Positions 28,335 to 37,917 are shown, counted from the stretch's first letter. The stretch: DNA of 64,000 nucleotides from an uncultured Lachnospiraceae bacterium (GCA_947037115.1 CAMQTN010000003.1:7091-71090), one strand, 5' to 3'. The notes: generated by a model not told the origin, from the sequence alone. Numbers and translations: made by a program.

Positions 28335-30107
28335 ATGGGTACACAGGAAAATACAAAAACCTACAAATCGGGAGAACTTTTAAAAAGGTTCCTTCCCTAT
28401 TATAAAAAATACTGGATCATTGTCGTCATCGATCTATGCTGTGCGGCGTTGACTACCGTCTGCGAGCTGGTGCTGCCGATAATCATCCGTTATATCACAA
28501 ATACGGGGATGAATGATCTGGCGTCCCTTACGGTGGCGGTTGTTCTGCGGCTGGGAGCGTTGTATTTTATTTTGCGCATTGTGGATACCATCGCGAATTT
28601 TTACATGGCCTATACGGGGCATGTTATGGGGACGCGGATTGAGACGGATATGCGGCGGGATGCCTACGCCCACTTACAGAGATTGTCGGACACTTATTAT
28701 AACAATACCAAAGTCGGACAGATTATGGGGCGTATCACCAATGATCTTTTCGATGTGACGGAGTTTTCCCATCATTGTCCGGAGGAATTTTTTATTGCGG
28801 GAATTAAGGCCGTAATCTCTTTTATTATCCTGGGAAGAATCAGTCTGGGGCTTACGCTGATTATCTTTGCGGTAGTGCCGGTTATGGCGGTGACCTGTAT
28901 CATCATTAACCTGCGTATGAGAGAAGCTTTCCGCAAACAGAGGGTGCAGATCGGTGAGCTGAATGCCCGCATTGAGGACAGCCTTCTCGGGCAGAAAGTG
29001 GTCAAAGCCTTTACCAACGAGGAGAAAGAGAAAGAAAAGTTTGAACGGGACAATCAGAATTTTTTCAGCATTAAAAAGGAAACCTACCGCTTTATGGCGG
29101 CTTTCCAGACTACTACAAGGGCCTTCGACGGGTTGATGTATCTGGTGCTCCTTGCAGCGGGAGGCATTTTTATGGTAAAAGGTAAGATTGCGCCCGGCGA
29201 TCTGGTGGCTTATGTGATGTATGTGACGACGCTGATCGCCACGATCCGCAGGATTATTGAGTTCGCGGAGCAGTTTCAGAGGGGCATGACGGGAATTGAG
29301 CGGTTTGTGCAGATTATGGACAGTGATATCGAAATCTTTGACGAACCGGGTGCGGTGGAATGTGAACATCCGCAGGGGAATATTTCGTTCCATAATGTCA
29401 GCTTTGAGTACCCGGATGATCACAACGTGGTTTTCCGAAACTTGAATCTGGACATACGCGCGGGAGAAAAGATTGCGATTGTGGGCCCTTCCGGCGGCGG
29501 CAAGACAACGCTCTGTAATTTGATTCCCCGTTTTTACGATATCGATCAGGGGGAAATCCTGTTGGACGGAGAAAATATTCATCATTATACGATCAAAAGT
29601 CTGCGCCAGAATATCGGTATGGTGCAGCAGGACGTCTATCTTTTCTCCGGCACGGTTTATGAAAATATTGCCTACGGCAGGGAGAATGCGACTCGGGATG
29701 AGATCGTGGAAGCAGCGAAGCAGGCAGGGGCCCACGAATTTATCACGGCTCTCAAAGACGGATATGATACTTATGTGGGAGAGCGCGGCGTCAAACTCTC
29801 CGGCGGGCAGAAACAGCGTATCAGCATTGCCAGAGTATTTTTGAAAAATCCGCCCATCCTGATTATGGATGAGGCGACCTCCGCGCTGGATAATGAGAGC
29901 GAGTTTCAGGTGGCGAAATCTCTGGAGGCGCTGGCGAAGGGAAGGACGACGATCACCATTGCCCACAGGCTGTCGAGCATCCGTAACTCGGACCGCATTC
30001 TTGTGTTGACGGAGGAAGGAATCGTGGAGGAGGGAACCCACGAGAGCCTGCTTGCGCAGAACGGGATTTACCATCATTTTTATGTGACGGCGAATGAAAT
30101 GAAATAG
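28335..30107 (+). CDS. ABC exporter, fused permease/ATPase
   Basis: TM domain plus GPSGGGKT, LSGGQKQR, IMDEATSALD, IAHRLS. Confidence 0.95.
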   Translation: MGTQENTKTYKSGELLKRFLPYYKKYWIIVVIDLCCAALTTVCELVLPIIIRYITNTGMNDLASLTVAVVLRLGALYFILRIVDTIANFYMAYTGHVMGTRIETDMRRDAYAHLQRLSDTYYNNTKVGQIMGRITNDLFDVTEFSHHCPEEFFIAGIKAVISFIILGRISLGLTLIIFAVVPVMAVTCIIINLRMREAFRKQRVQIGELNARIEDSLLGQKVVKAFTNEEKEKEKFERDNQNFFSIKKETYRFMAAFQTTTRAFDGLMYLVLLAAGGIFMVKGKIAPGDLVAYVMYVTTLIATIRRIIEFAEQFQRGMTGIERFVQIMDSDIEIFDEPGAVECEHPQGNISFHNVSFEYPDDHNVVFRNLNLDIRAGEKIAIVGPSGGGKTTLCNLIPRFYDIDQGEILLDGENIHHYTIKSLRQNIGMVQQDVYLFSGTVYENIAYGRENATRDEIVEAAKQAGAHEFITALKDGYDTYVGERGVKLSGGQKQRISIARVFLKNPPILIMDEATSALDNESEFQVAKSLEALAKGRTTITIAHRLSSIRNSDRILVLTEEGIVEEGTHESLLAQNGIYHHFYVTANEMK

Positions 30108-30119
30108 GAAGAAATTGAA

Positions 30120-30971
30120 ATGACGGAAGCAAACGGCGGTGCAAAATTTCATATACTGATCGTGGAGGATGACCTTGCGCTGGCAGGGGGTCTGTGTCGT
30201 GCTCTTGGAAATGAGGAGACGGAGACTGTCAGCTGTCATACGCTGAGGGAGGCGACGAAACTGCTCGAAACCGGTAATTGCCAGTCCGGGACAGAAAAGG
30301 AGAAGGATCAGGACGGTGTGGCAGGGTCAACCGGCCGGGCAGATTTCGATCTAGTGCTGTTAGATGTGAATCTGCCGGATGGAAACGGTTTTGACTATTT
30401 ACAGGAGATCAAGAGAAAATATGACATATTTGTCATAATGTTGACGGCGAACGACATGGAGACAGATATTGTGACCGGTTTGGAGCTGGGTGCGGACGAC
30501 TATATTACGAAGCCGTTCAGTCTGGCTGTGCTGCGGGCACGGGTGGCGATACAGCTTCGGCGGGTGGAGGCGCAGGAGCACGGCAAAATGGCGGACAGTT
30601 TGACAGTGGCGGGAGAGTGCGGTCACAGGACAGGCAATGCAGCGATCGGTTCGATGGAAATGCCGCAGCCTGCAAAAGATGAAGGATGGATTATAGACGG
30701 AAACTACCGGTTTCATTTTTCCAAAATGCTTTTTTATCGTGGAGAGGAGCAGATGGAGCTGAGCAAGAGCGAGCAGAAGCTGCTTCGCTATTTGATTGAA
30801 AACCGGGGTATTACTTTGAGCAGAGATAAACTGCTGGAATGCATCTGGTCTGTGGATGCGGAATTTGTGGATGAGAATACTCTGTCCGTCACGGTGAAAC
30901 GGCTTCGGGACAAGCTGGGCGCGCAGAATAAAATCAAGACGGTGTATGGGATCGGATATCGGTGGGAGTAG
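30120..30971 (+). CDS. OmpR-family response regulator with two unusual internal insertions
   Basis: ILIVEDD, LLDVNLPDG, KPFS, ENTLSVTVKRLRDKL; 283 aa versus the usual ~225. Confidence 0.9.
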   Translation: MTEANGGAKFHILIVEDDLALAGGLCRALGNEETETVSCHTLREATKLLETGNCQSGTEKEKDQDGVAGSTGRADFDLVLLDVNLPDGNGFDYLQEIKRKYDIFVIMLTANDMETDIVTGLELGADDYITKPFSLAVLRARVAIQLRRVEAQEHGKMADSLTVAGECGHRTGNAAIGSMEMPQPAKDEGWIIDGNYRFHFSKMLFYRGEEQMELSKSEQKLLRYLIENRGITLSRDKLLECIWSVDAEFVDENTLSVTVKRLRDKLGAQNKIKTVYGIGYRWE

Positions 30972-30997
30972 GCAGCCTGCCATCAAGAGGAGATCGT

Positions 30998-31962
30998 ATG
31001 AATGAACTGATTAAAAACGAAAATACTGATATTATGGGAATTTATCAGAAATCAGAAAATATTTTGACAGATGTGGAAAGCATCATAGAAACCTCACAAA
31101 GACAGGCCTATCATGTGGTGGATGATATTTTGGTACAAAGAAATTGGTTGATTGGATACCGAATTGCTGAGGAAGAAATGGATGGGTCAGACCGGGCAGA
31201 ATATGGCACGAACATTATTAAAATGCTGTCAAAAGAGCTGACGCATAAATATGGAAAAGGTTATGACCGCAGTAACCTTTATCACTATTTACGTTTTTAT
31301 AAGACATTTCCTGAAATTATCGACACAGCGTGTCGACAATCACATATCCGGTTAAGCTGGTCACATTATCGAATATTATTACAAGTCAAGGATTCTGCCG
31401 CGCGCAGCTGGTATGAAAAAGAAACTTATGAACAGACATGGAGTGTCCGTACACTGCAACGCAATGTCAATACACAGTATTATCATCGCATTTTACAATC
31501 TCAAAACAGGGAGGCAGTAGAGCAGGAAATGTGTGAAAAAACTTCCACATTTCAAAGTGATAAGCTGGAATTTATTAAAAATCCTGTGATTGCAGAATTT
31601 TTGGGGTTGCCTTCAAACATAGATTTGACGGAGACGGAGTTGGAGAAAAGCATTATTTCCAATATACAGAAATTTTTAATGGAACTTGGAAAGGGATATG
31701 CGTTTGTTGCGCGTCAACAACATATTAGAACGGAAAAGGAAGATTATTTTATTGATCTTGTATTTTATAATTACATTTTGAGTGTTTTGTTCTGGTTGAT
31801 TTAAAGATGGATAAAATTACGCATCAGGATGTGGGACAAATGGATATGTATATCCGTATGTATGACGAATTAAAAAGAGGCGCGGATGATAATCCGACGT
31901 TGGGGATTGTACTTTGTACGGAAACCGATGAGGCTCTTTATAAAGAGGCTGAGGGACTGTAA
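30998..31962 (+). pseudogene. DUF1016/YhcG-family PD-(D/E)XK nuclease gene, frameshifted and C-terminally truncated
   Basis: LSWSHY, WSVRTL, FLMELGKGYAFVARQ, IDLVFYN; one base missing at ~31781 (TTG AG TGT); the shifted frame continues CFVLVDLK...HQDVGQMDMY...DNPTLGIVLC to TAA 31960-31962. Confidence 0.85.
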
Positions 31963-32879
31963 TGGTAAAGGACAGGGGTACGATTATTTTATTAGTGGGT
32001 ATATTTTGCCTGTTCCTTGCGATTGTGACCAGCCTCGCAGATTTTATTCTCAGGCGGCGCAGTCTCAGGCGCCAGCGCAGCCTGATACAGTCCGCTATGG
32101 ATGGGACTTTTCACGCAGAATGTTTTGATGAATCTCTTTTCGCATCTGTGGAGAGCAAGCTGGCGGAATACATTGCAGCTTCGGAGATACAGAAGAGGAA
32201 GGCGGCTGCGGAACAGGAAAAAACAAAGACCTTAATTGCGGATATCTCCCATCAGACGAAGACGCCCCTTGCAAATATTCTGCTCTATGCAGAGCTGTTG
32301 AAGGAGGAGGGCGCGGGAGACGGCGGGACCATAGAGATGCTTGAGGGACAGGTGAAGAAGCTGGATTTTCTGATTCAGTCGCTGGTAAAGCTGTCCAGAC
32401 TGGAGACAGGGATTCTGGTACTGCATCCGGAAAAGAACGAAATATCTGTCCTGTTAAAGGAGGCAGAGAAGCAGTATACGCTGGGCGCGCAGGAAAAAGG
32501 ATTATATTTACGTGTATGTTCGGATCAGATGCAGGGCGTTACGGCCTGCTTTGATCCGAAGTGGACGCTGGAGGCGCTTGGAAATCTCATTGACAACGCT
32601 GTAAAATACACGAAAGAGGGAGGCGTCACCGTGAGCGTCAGGCTCTATGAGTTTTTCGTCGGTATTGAAGTGGCGGATACAGGAATCGGTATTGCGGAGG
32701 AGGAACATGCACAGGTCTTTGGACGTTTCTACCGTTCGACGGCAGTATCTGATAAACAGGGCGTTGGAATCGGTTTATATCTGGCCAGAGAGATTCTGAG
32801 GCAGCAGTCAGGTTATATAAGACTTGCCTCTGAGGAGGGAAAGGGTGCGGTCTTTTCCATGTATCTGCCTGTTTCTTAA
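31962..32879 (+). CDS. Sensor histidine kinase
   Basis: N-terminal TM, H-box ISHQTKTPL, NLIDNAVKY, DTGIGI, GVGIGLY. Confidence 0.93.
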   Translation: MVKDRGTIILLVGIFCLFLAIVTSLADFILRRRSLRRQRSLIQSAMDGTFHAECFDESLFASVESKLAEYIAASEIQKRKAAAEQEKTKTLIADISHQTKTPLANILLYAELLKEEGAGDGGTIEMLEGQVKKLDFLIQSLVKLSRLETGILVLHPEKNEISVLLKEAEKQYTLGAQEKGLYLRVCSDQMQGVTACFDPKWTLEALGNLIDNAVKYTKEGGVTVSVRLYEFFVGIEVADTGIGIAEEEHAQVFGRFYRSTAVSDKQGVGIGLYLAREILRQQSGYIRLASEEGKGAVFSMYLPVS

Positions 32880-32886
32880 GGCAATT

Positions 32887-32950
32887 CTTACAAAACTGTC
32901 ACAATCATTTTTTGAATGGAAAGACTATGGAAAGATTGCTATGAGATAAT
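32887..32950 (+). promoter_or_regulatory. Putative response-regulator-activated promoter of the ABC operon
   Basis: 11-bp-spaced direct repeats ttaca/tcaca (32888, 32899) and atggaaaga x2 (32916, 32927), then extended -10 TGaGATAAT. Confidence 0.6.
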
Positions 32951-33096
32951 CTGTATTGTGGAGGCCGATGATTATTTGACGGCCTCCCCGATGCAGATTT
33001 TTTTGTAAAAGCAAAGCTAAGTGTATAAGTACAGGGTACGGAGCATATCAGGCCGGCTTTTACAATGATCATTTTTGACAAGGAGGAAAACGAAGC

Positions 33097-33774
33097 ATGA
33101 CCATATTATCAACACACGACTTAAAAAAGGTGTACGGTTCGGGTGAAAATGAAGTCCGAGCGCTGGACGGGGTGGATTTTCAGGTAAAGAAAGGTGAGTT
33201 TGTGGCCATTGTGGGCACATCGGGCAGCGGAAAAAGCACGCTTCTTCATATGCTGGGCGGGCTTGACCGTCCCACATCAGGCAGCGTTACAGTGGACGGT
33301 AAGGAAATTTTTTCTTTAAAGGACGAGGAGCTGACGATCTTCCGTCGCAGGAAGATCGGGTTTGTGTTCCAGAATTACAATCTGGTGCCGGTATTAAATG
33401 TATATGAAAACATTCTTCTCCCGGTGCAGCTTGACGGGGGCAGCCCGGATCAGGGATACATCAAAGAGATCATCAACACGCTGGGGCTTGCGTCAAAGCT
33501 TAACAATCTGCCCAATAATCTGTCCGGCGGGCAGCAGCAGAGGGTGGCGATCGCCCGCGCGCTGGCGTCCAAGCCGGCCATTATTCTGGCTGACGAGCCT
33601 ACGGGGAATCTGGATTCCAAAACCAGTCAGGATGTGCTGAGCCTGCTGAAGGTGACGGGACAGAAGTTTTCCCAGACTATTGTCATGATCACGCACAACG
33701 AGGCGATTGCGCAGATGGCGGACCGGGTGATCCGCATTGAGGATGGGAAAATTTTGACAAAGGAGGCGGTTTAA
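33097..33774 (+). CDS. ABC transporter ATP-binding protein (LolD/MacB type)
   Basis: [27 protein letters not shown]. Confidence 0.95.
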   Translation: MTILSTHDLKKVYGSGENEVRALDGVDFQVKKGEFVAIVGTSGSGKSTLLHMLGGLDRPTSGSVTVDGKEIFSLKDEELTIFRRRKIGFVFQNYNLVPVLNVYENILLPVQLDGGSPDQGYIKEIINTLGLASKLNNLPNNLSGGQQQRVAIARALASKPAIILADEPTGNLDSKTSQDVLSLLKVTGQKFSQTIVMITHNEAIAQMADRVIRIEDGKILTKEAV

Positions 33775-33777
33775 GAT

Positions 33778-36456
33778 ATGAACGTTTCCAATAAAAAATG
33801 TATCCGCCGTCTCAGCGTAGCCAGTTTTAAGGCGGCGAAAACCAGAAATATCATTACCATAGCGGCAATCGCCCTGACCACCATACTGTTTACGGTTATT
33901 TTTACGGTGATTATGTCCATCAAGTACGGATTCGAGCAGTCCAACTTCCGGCAGCTGGGCGGCTACAGTCATGGCGATTTTAAGTATCTGACGGAGGAAC
34001 AGTTCGAGGAGTTAAAGGACGATCCGCTGATCAAAGAATACGGAAAGCGGATCTTCTGCGGTATGCCGGAGAAAGAGCCTTTCCATAAAAGTCATGTGGA
34101 AGTCAGCTATTGTGACGAAAATGAGGCAAAATGGATGTTCTTAGAGCCGAAGGAAGGGCGGCTTCCCGAGGAAGGAACCAATGAGGCCGCCACGGACTTG
34201 CGGGTACTGTCCCTGCTGGGTGTGGAGCCTGTGATCGGCAATGAGTTTACCATGACTTTTATGGTGGACGGAAAGGAGACCACAGAGACTTTTACCCTGT
34301 GCGGTTACTGGGATTACGATGAGGTGATCGTGGCAAATCATGTGCTGATTCCAAGGAGCCGGACACAGGAAATCTTTGAGAAGCTGAACACCCGGGGCGA
34401 GGACGGTATGACCGGGTTCTGGAATCTGGGCGTGATGTTTAAAAACGCTTCCCATATCGAAGAAAATCTGAACACTATTCTGGAGCGGCACGGTTACCAG
34501 TCGGAGGGCATGGATCAGGGGGATAACTATATTCGCATTGGCGTCAACTGGGGCTATGTCTCGGCGCAGTTTGAGGACAGCATAGACTTGGGTACGATAT
34601 TGGCGCTGACCGCAGTGATGCTTTTGATTATCTTTACGGGTTATCTGATTATCTACAATATTTTTCAGATATCCGTGTCCAATGACGTGCGTTTTTACGG
34701 GCTGTTAAAGACCATTGGCACGACAGGACGCCAGATTAAGCGGATCATTTCCCTGCAGGCGTTTCTGCTGTCGGCAGTGGGGATTCCTATTGGTCTGGTT
34801 CTGGGCTACGGGATTGGTGTGGTCATGACCGGCATTGTGGTGTCCCGGCTTAACGGCATAGTATTGACTTATTCGGTCAGTCCCGTCATCTTTCTGGGCG
34901 CAGCAGCCTTTTCGCTGGTGACAGTCTGGCTCTCCTGTAGGAAGCCCCGACGGATGGCGGCGAAGATCTCTCCGGTGGAGGCGGTGCGCTACACGGAAAA
35001 CAGCGTGAAAAGAACTTCTGACACTCGCAGCAGAGGCTGCTTCGCGAAGAAGTTCTATGTTTCACGCGGGAGAATGCCGCAAAAAGGCGCATCCATCTTC
35101 CGCATGGCGATGGCAAATCTGGGAAGAAACAAAAGCAAGACTGTGATTACGGTGATTTCCATGTCCTTTGCGGTAGTGATTTTGAATATTACCTTTATTC
35201 TGGCAAACGGCTTCGATATGGATAAATATTTATACCGCGTGGTAGCGGATTTTATGACCGCGGACGCGTCCTATTTTCAGGCAGGCAATTTCGACCCGAC
35301 ACCTTTTCCGGAAGAAGCGATTTCCCAGATCGAGGCAATGGATGGCGTGAAGGGTGGCAGAACTTATAAGAAGACCTTTGATGCGCAGGAGTTTGTCACC
35401 GAAGAGTGGATACGGAAGCTACAGGGTACATGGAACAGCCCGGAGATGGTAGACCGATATGTGGAGATGCAGGAAAAGGTGGGCGATCTCCGTACTGACC
35501 GTGTGCAGCTTTACGGGATGGAGGACTTTGTGCTGGATAAGCTCAATGTTCTGGAAGGTGATCTTGGTAAACTCAAAGAGGGCGGCAATTATGTGGCGGC
35601 GGTTTACAATGCGGACGATTACGGCAATATTTACGAGGATTCCCACTGGGCGAAACTGGGGGATCAGATTACCATCCGTTATGTAAAAGAGTACGAGTAT
35701 TATAATCCGGAGACTGGTGAAATTTACGAGGAGGAAGAGGATATTGGTGATCAACCCTATAGGGATCGCGCTAAGGTGTATGAGGATAAGGTCTATGAGG
35801 TGGCGGCGCTGGTGGAGGTGCCGGGTGCGCTTACTTACCGTTATTATGGAGCGGATGAGTTTGTGATGGGCGCGGACACTTTTATCAGGGATTCCGGTAC
35901 ATCGGATGTGCTCTACTACGCTTTCGACTGCGAGGACGATCAGGTGGATACGGTGGAACAGTGGATGCAGAACTTTGCGGGCGGGGACGATTCCATGTAT
36001 GACTATGAAAGCAGAAAGACTTACGAGGAAGATTTTTATGGTTTTCGCGACATGTTCATGATGGTGGGCAGCGGCGCGGCGCTGATTGTCGGTCTGGTCG
36101 GTATCCTGAATTTCCTGAATGCGATTCTCACAGGCATTATGACGAGAAAGCGGGAGTTTGCGGTGTTACAGTCGGTGGGCATGACAGGAAAACAGTTGAA
36201 TCAGATGTTGATTACGGAGGGTATGGTGTTTGCGGGAAGCTCTGTGGTAATTACACTGGTTCTGACGATCGTCATGGGGCCTGTGGCCAGCAGCGTTTTA
36301 GAGGGGATGTTCTGGTTTTTCAGTTATCATCTGACAGTTACGCCGATCCTTTTGGTAGCGCCGGTATTTTTGGCGATCGGAGCGGTCATTCCGCTGGCTT
36401 CCTATCATTACATGATGAAACGGTCGGTGGTGGAGAGACTCAGGGAGGCGGAGTAA
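33778..36456 (+). CDS. FtsX/MacB-like ABC permease with two extracellular domains
   Basis: Duplicated FtsX architecture: YGLLKTIGTT and REFAVLQSVGMT; C-terminal SVVERLRE. Confidence 0.9.
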   Translation: MNVSNKKCIRRLSVASFKAAKTRNIITIAAIALTTILFTVIFTVIMSIKYGFEQSNFRQLGGYSHGDFKYLTEEQFEELKDDPLIKEYGKRIFCGMPEKEPFHKSHVEVSYCDENEAKWMFLEPKEGRLPEEGTNEAATDLRVLSLLGVEPVIGNEFTMTFMVDGKETTETFTLCGYWDYDEVIVANHVLIPRSRTQEIFEKLNTRGEDGMTGFWNLGVMFKNASHIEENLNTILERHGYQSEGMDQGDNYIRIGVNWGYVSAQFEDSIDLGTILALTAVMLLIIFTGYLIIYNIFQISVSNDVRFYGLLKTIGTTGRQIKRIISLQAFLLSAVGIPIGLVLGYGIGVVMTGIVVSRLNGIVLTYSVSPVIFLGAAAFSLVTVWLSCRKPRRMAAKISPVEAVRYTENSVKRTSDTRSRGCFAKKFYVSRGRMPQKGASIFRMAMANLGRNKSKTVITVISMSFAVVILNITFILANGFDMDKYLYRVVADFMTADASYFQAGNFDPTPFPEEAISQIEAMDGVKGGRTYKKTFDAQEFVTEEWIRKLQGTWNSPEMVDRYVEMQEKVGDLRTDRVQLYGMEDFVLDKLNVLEGDLGKLKEGGNYVAAVYNADDYGNIYEDSHWAKLGDQITIRYVKEYEYYNPETGEIYEEEEDIGDQPYRDRAKVYEDKVYEVAALVEVPGALTYRYYGADEFVMGADTFIRDSGTSDVLYYAFDCEDDQVDTVEQWMQNFAGGDDSMYDYESRKTYEEDFYGFRDMFMMVGSGAALIVGLVGILNFLNAILTGIMTRKREFAVLQSVGMTGKQLNQMLITEGMVFAGSSVVITLVLTIVMGPVASSVLEGMFWFFSYHLTVTPILLVAPVFLAIGAVIPLASYHYMMKRSVVERLREAE
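35001..35069. repeat. Palindromic REP/RPE-like element inside the permease reading frame
   Basis: gcgtgaaa+agaacttct (35003-35019) pairs with agaagttct+atg+tttcacgc (35048-35067); inner gcagc/gctgc stem. Confidence 0.7.
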
Positions 36457-36584
36457 AAAAGCCGCAATTTTCAGCTACATTTTTAAAGAAGTGGTTGCAC
36501 GAAGGGCTTGCAATAGGGTATAGTAATATATAAGCATTATTATTGGAGAAGTGCAATTATTTTTAAGAAGGATGTAGCTAATAT

Positions 36585-37187
36585 ATGGGACAATTATCAC
36601 CATCGGATCAAGATAAAATGGCGGAAGCAGCGCATATTTGTATGTCACATTCCGCCATTTCTTTAAATACAGTGACAGGAAAAAAAGTTACCGTCAGCCC
36701 GCCTTCGTTGAAAGTAGTCAACAGTGCGGATATTAAGAATATCCTGGCAGCATTCGGTATGGGAAGCGTGACGGTCCAGATTGATTACAAGGATGATTTT
36801 CATGGAAACAATCTTCTGATGTTTAAGGAAAATGACATCAAAGTGATTATGGATTTGATGATGGGAGGGCCGGGAACGGCAGCTCCCGGAGAGATCAATG
36901 AAATGCATCTGTCCTGCGTATCGGAAGTAATGAATCAGATGATGGGAGCCTCCGCAATCTCCCTCACGGAAATGATCGGCAAGACGATAGATATCAATCC
37001 GCCGAAAGCAACCTTAGTCAACACAAAGGAGGATATAGATTCTATAGATATTCTTCCTTTTCCGGGGAATGAGATGGTCATTATCCTGTCCCGCTTCGAG
37101 GCGGAGAAGCTTTTGAGGGGCATCATGATCCGTATTTTCCCGATGGAAGAGGTGAGATTTATCTGTGATAACTTTAAGGCGCGCTAG
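36585..37187 (+). CDS. Stand-alone CheC/FliY-like CheY-P phosphatase domain protein
   Basis: Resembles the FliY N-terminal domain (DLMMGG, SEVMNQMMG...INPP); no FliN/SpoA domain. Confidence 0.75.
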   Translation: MGQLSPSDQDKMAEAAHICMSHSAISLNTVTGKKVTVSPPSLKVVNSADIKNILAAFGMGSVTVQIDYKDDFHGNNLLMFKENDIKVIMDLMMGGPGTAAPGEINEMHLSCVSEVMNQMMGASAISLTEMIGKTIDINPPKATLVNTKEDIDSIDILPFPGNEMVIILSRFEAEKLLRGIMIRIFPMEEVRFICDNFKAR

Positions 37188-37401
37188 GTAAGTAACAGGG
37201 GTAATTTAAGGAATCGCTTTTCAGACATGATTTCCGGGAACAATGACTGGCAGATTTTCACAACAGAGTAGAGGGCTTTTGCCGTACAATGTGCCGAAAA
37301 TAGTTTTCTATTTTAAAATGTACTTACGAGAAAATTTTTTAAGTGTTAAGATGTTAAGTAAGGGGTACTGTGGGCAGGCTCAGAAAATTTGGAGGGGCAT
37401 T

Positions 37402-37917
37402 ATGTTTGAGAAGGGCGAATTGATTATGTGCGGCGGACATGGTGTTTGCCGCGTCATTGACATTACGGGAAATCCGATCGACCGATTTGATCAGGAGAAA
37501 AAGTATTATGTGCTGGAGCCTGTTTTTGAGAAAGCCAGCACAATTTACACGCCTGTTGACAATGACAAAATTGTCATGCGAAGAATTATGAATAAGGAAG
37601 AGGCTGAGAAGCTGATTGCTCACATCACGGAAATTGATACGGTTTGGATTCAGGAGGAAAAACGCAGGGAGCAGACCTACAAAGAGGCGATTCGTACTTA
37701 CGATTCCAGAAGTCTGGTGCAGATTATCAAGACGCTTTACCAGCGCAAGAGAAGCCGCATCGACGAGGGGAAGAAAGTGCTCTCCTCGGACGAGCTGTAT
37801 TTACACAAGGCGGAGGAACTTCTCTACAGTGAAATCTCTCTGGCGCTCTCCATACCGAAGGAGAACGTTGAGGCCTATATCGTTGAGGCGGTAGACAAGC
37901 AGAAGGCTACCGTATAA
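37402..37917 (+). CDS. CarD-like transcription factor
   Basis: MFEKGELIMCGGHGVCRVIDI, YYVLEP, TPVDN, AEELLYSEISLAL; GGAGG RBS. Confidence 0.85.
   Translation: MFEKGELIMCGGHGVCRVIDITGNPIDRFDQEKKYYVLEPVFEKASTIYTPVDNDKIVMRRIMNKEEAEKLIAHITEIDTVWIQEEKRREQTYKEAIRTYDSRSLVQIIKTLYQRKRSRIDEGKKVLSSDELYLHKAEELLYSEISLALSIPKENVEAYIVEAVDKQKATV

Noticed and set aside
28674..30239. 521-aa antisense ORF (also 6963-8156, 42277-43293, 45349-46227, 48294-49322)
   Set aside because: Each lies opposite a well-supported gene and shows no recognisable motifs or RBS; typical shadow ORFs produced by codon bias.
31886..32128. 80-aa ORF overlapping the DUF1016/kinase junction
   Set aside because: Off-frame overlap of two better-supported reading frames, with no motifs.
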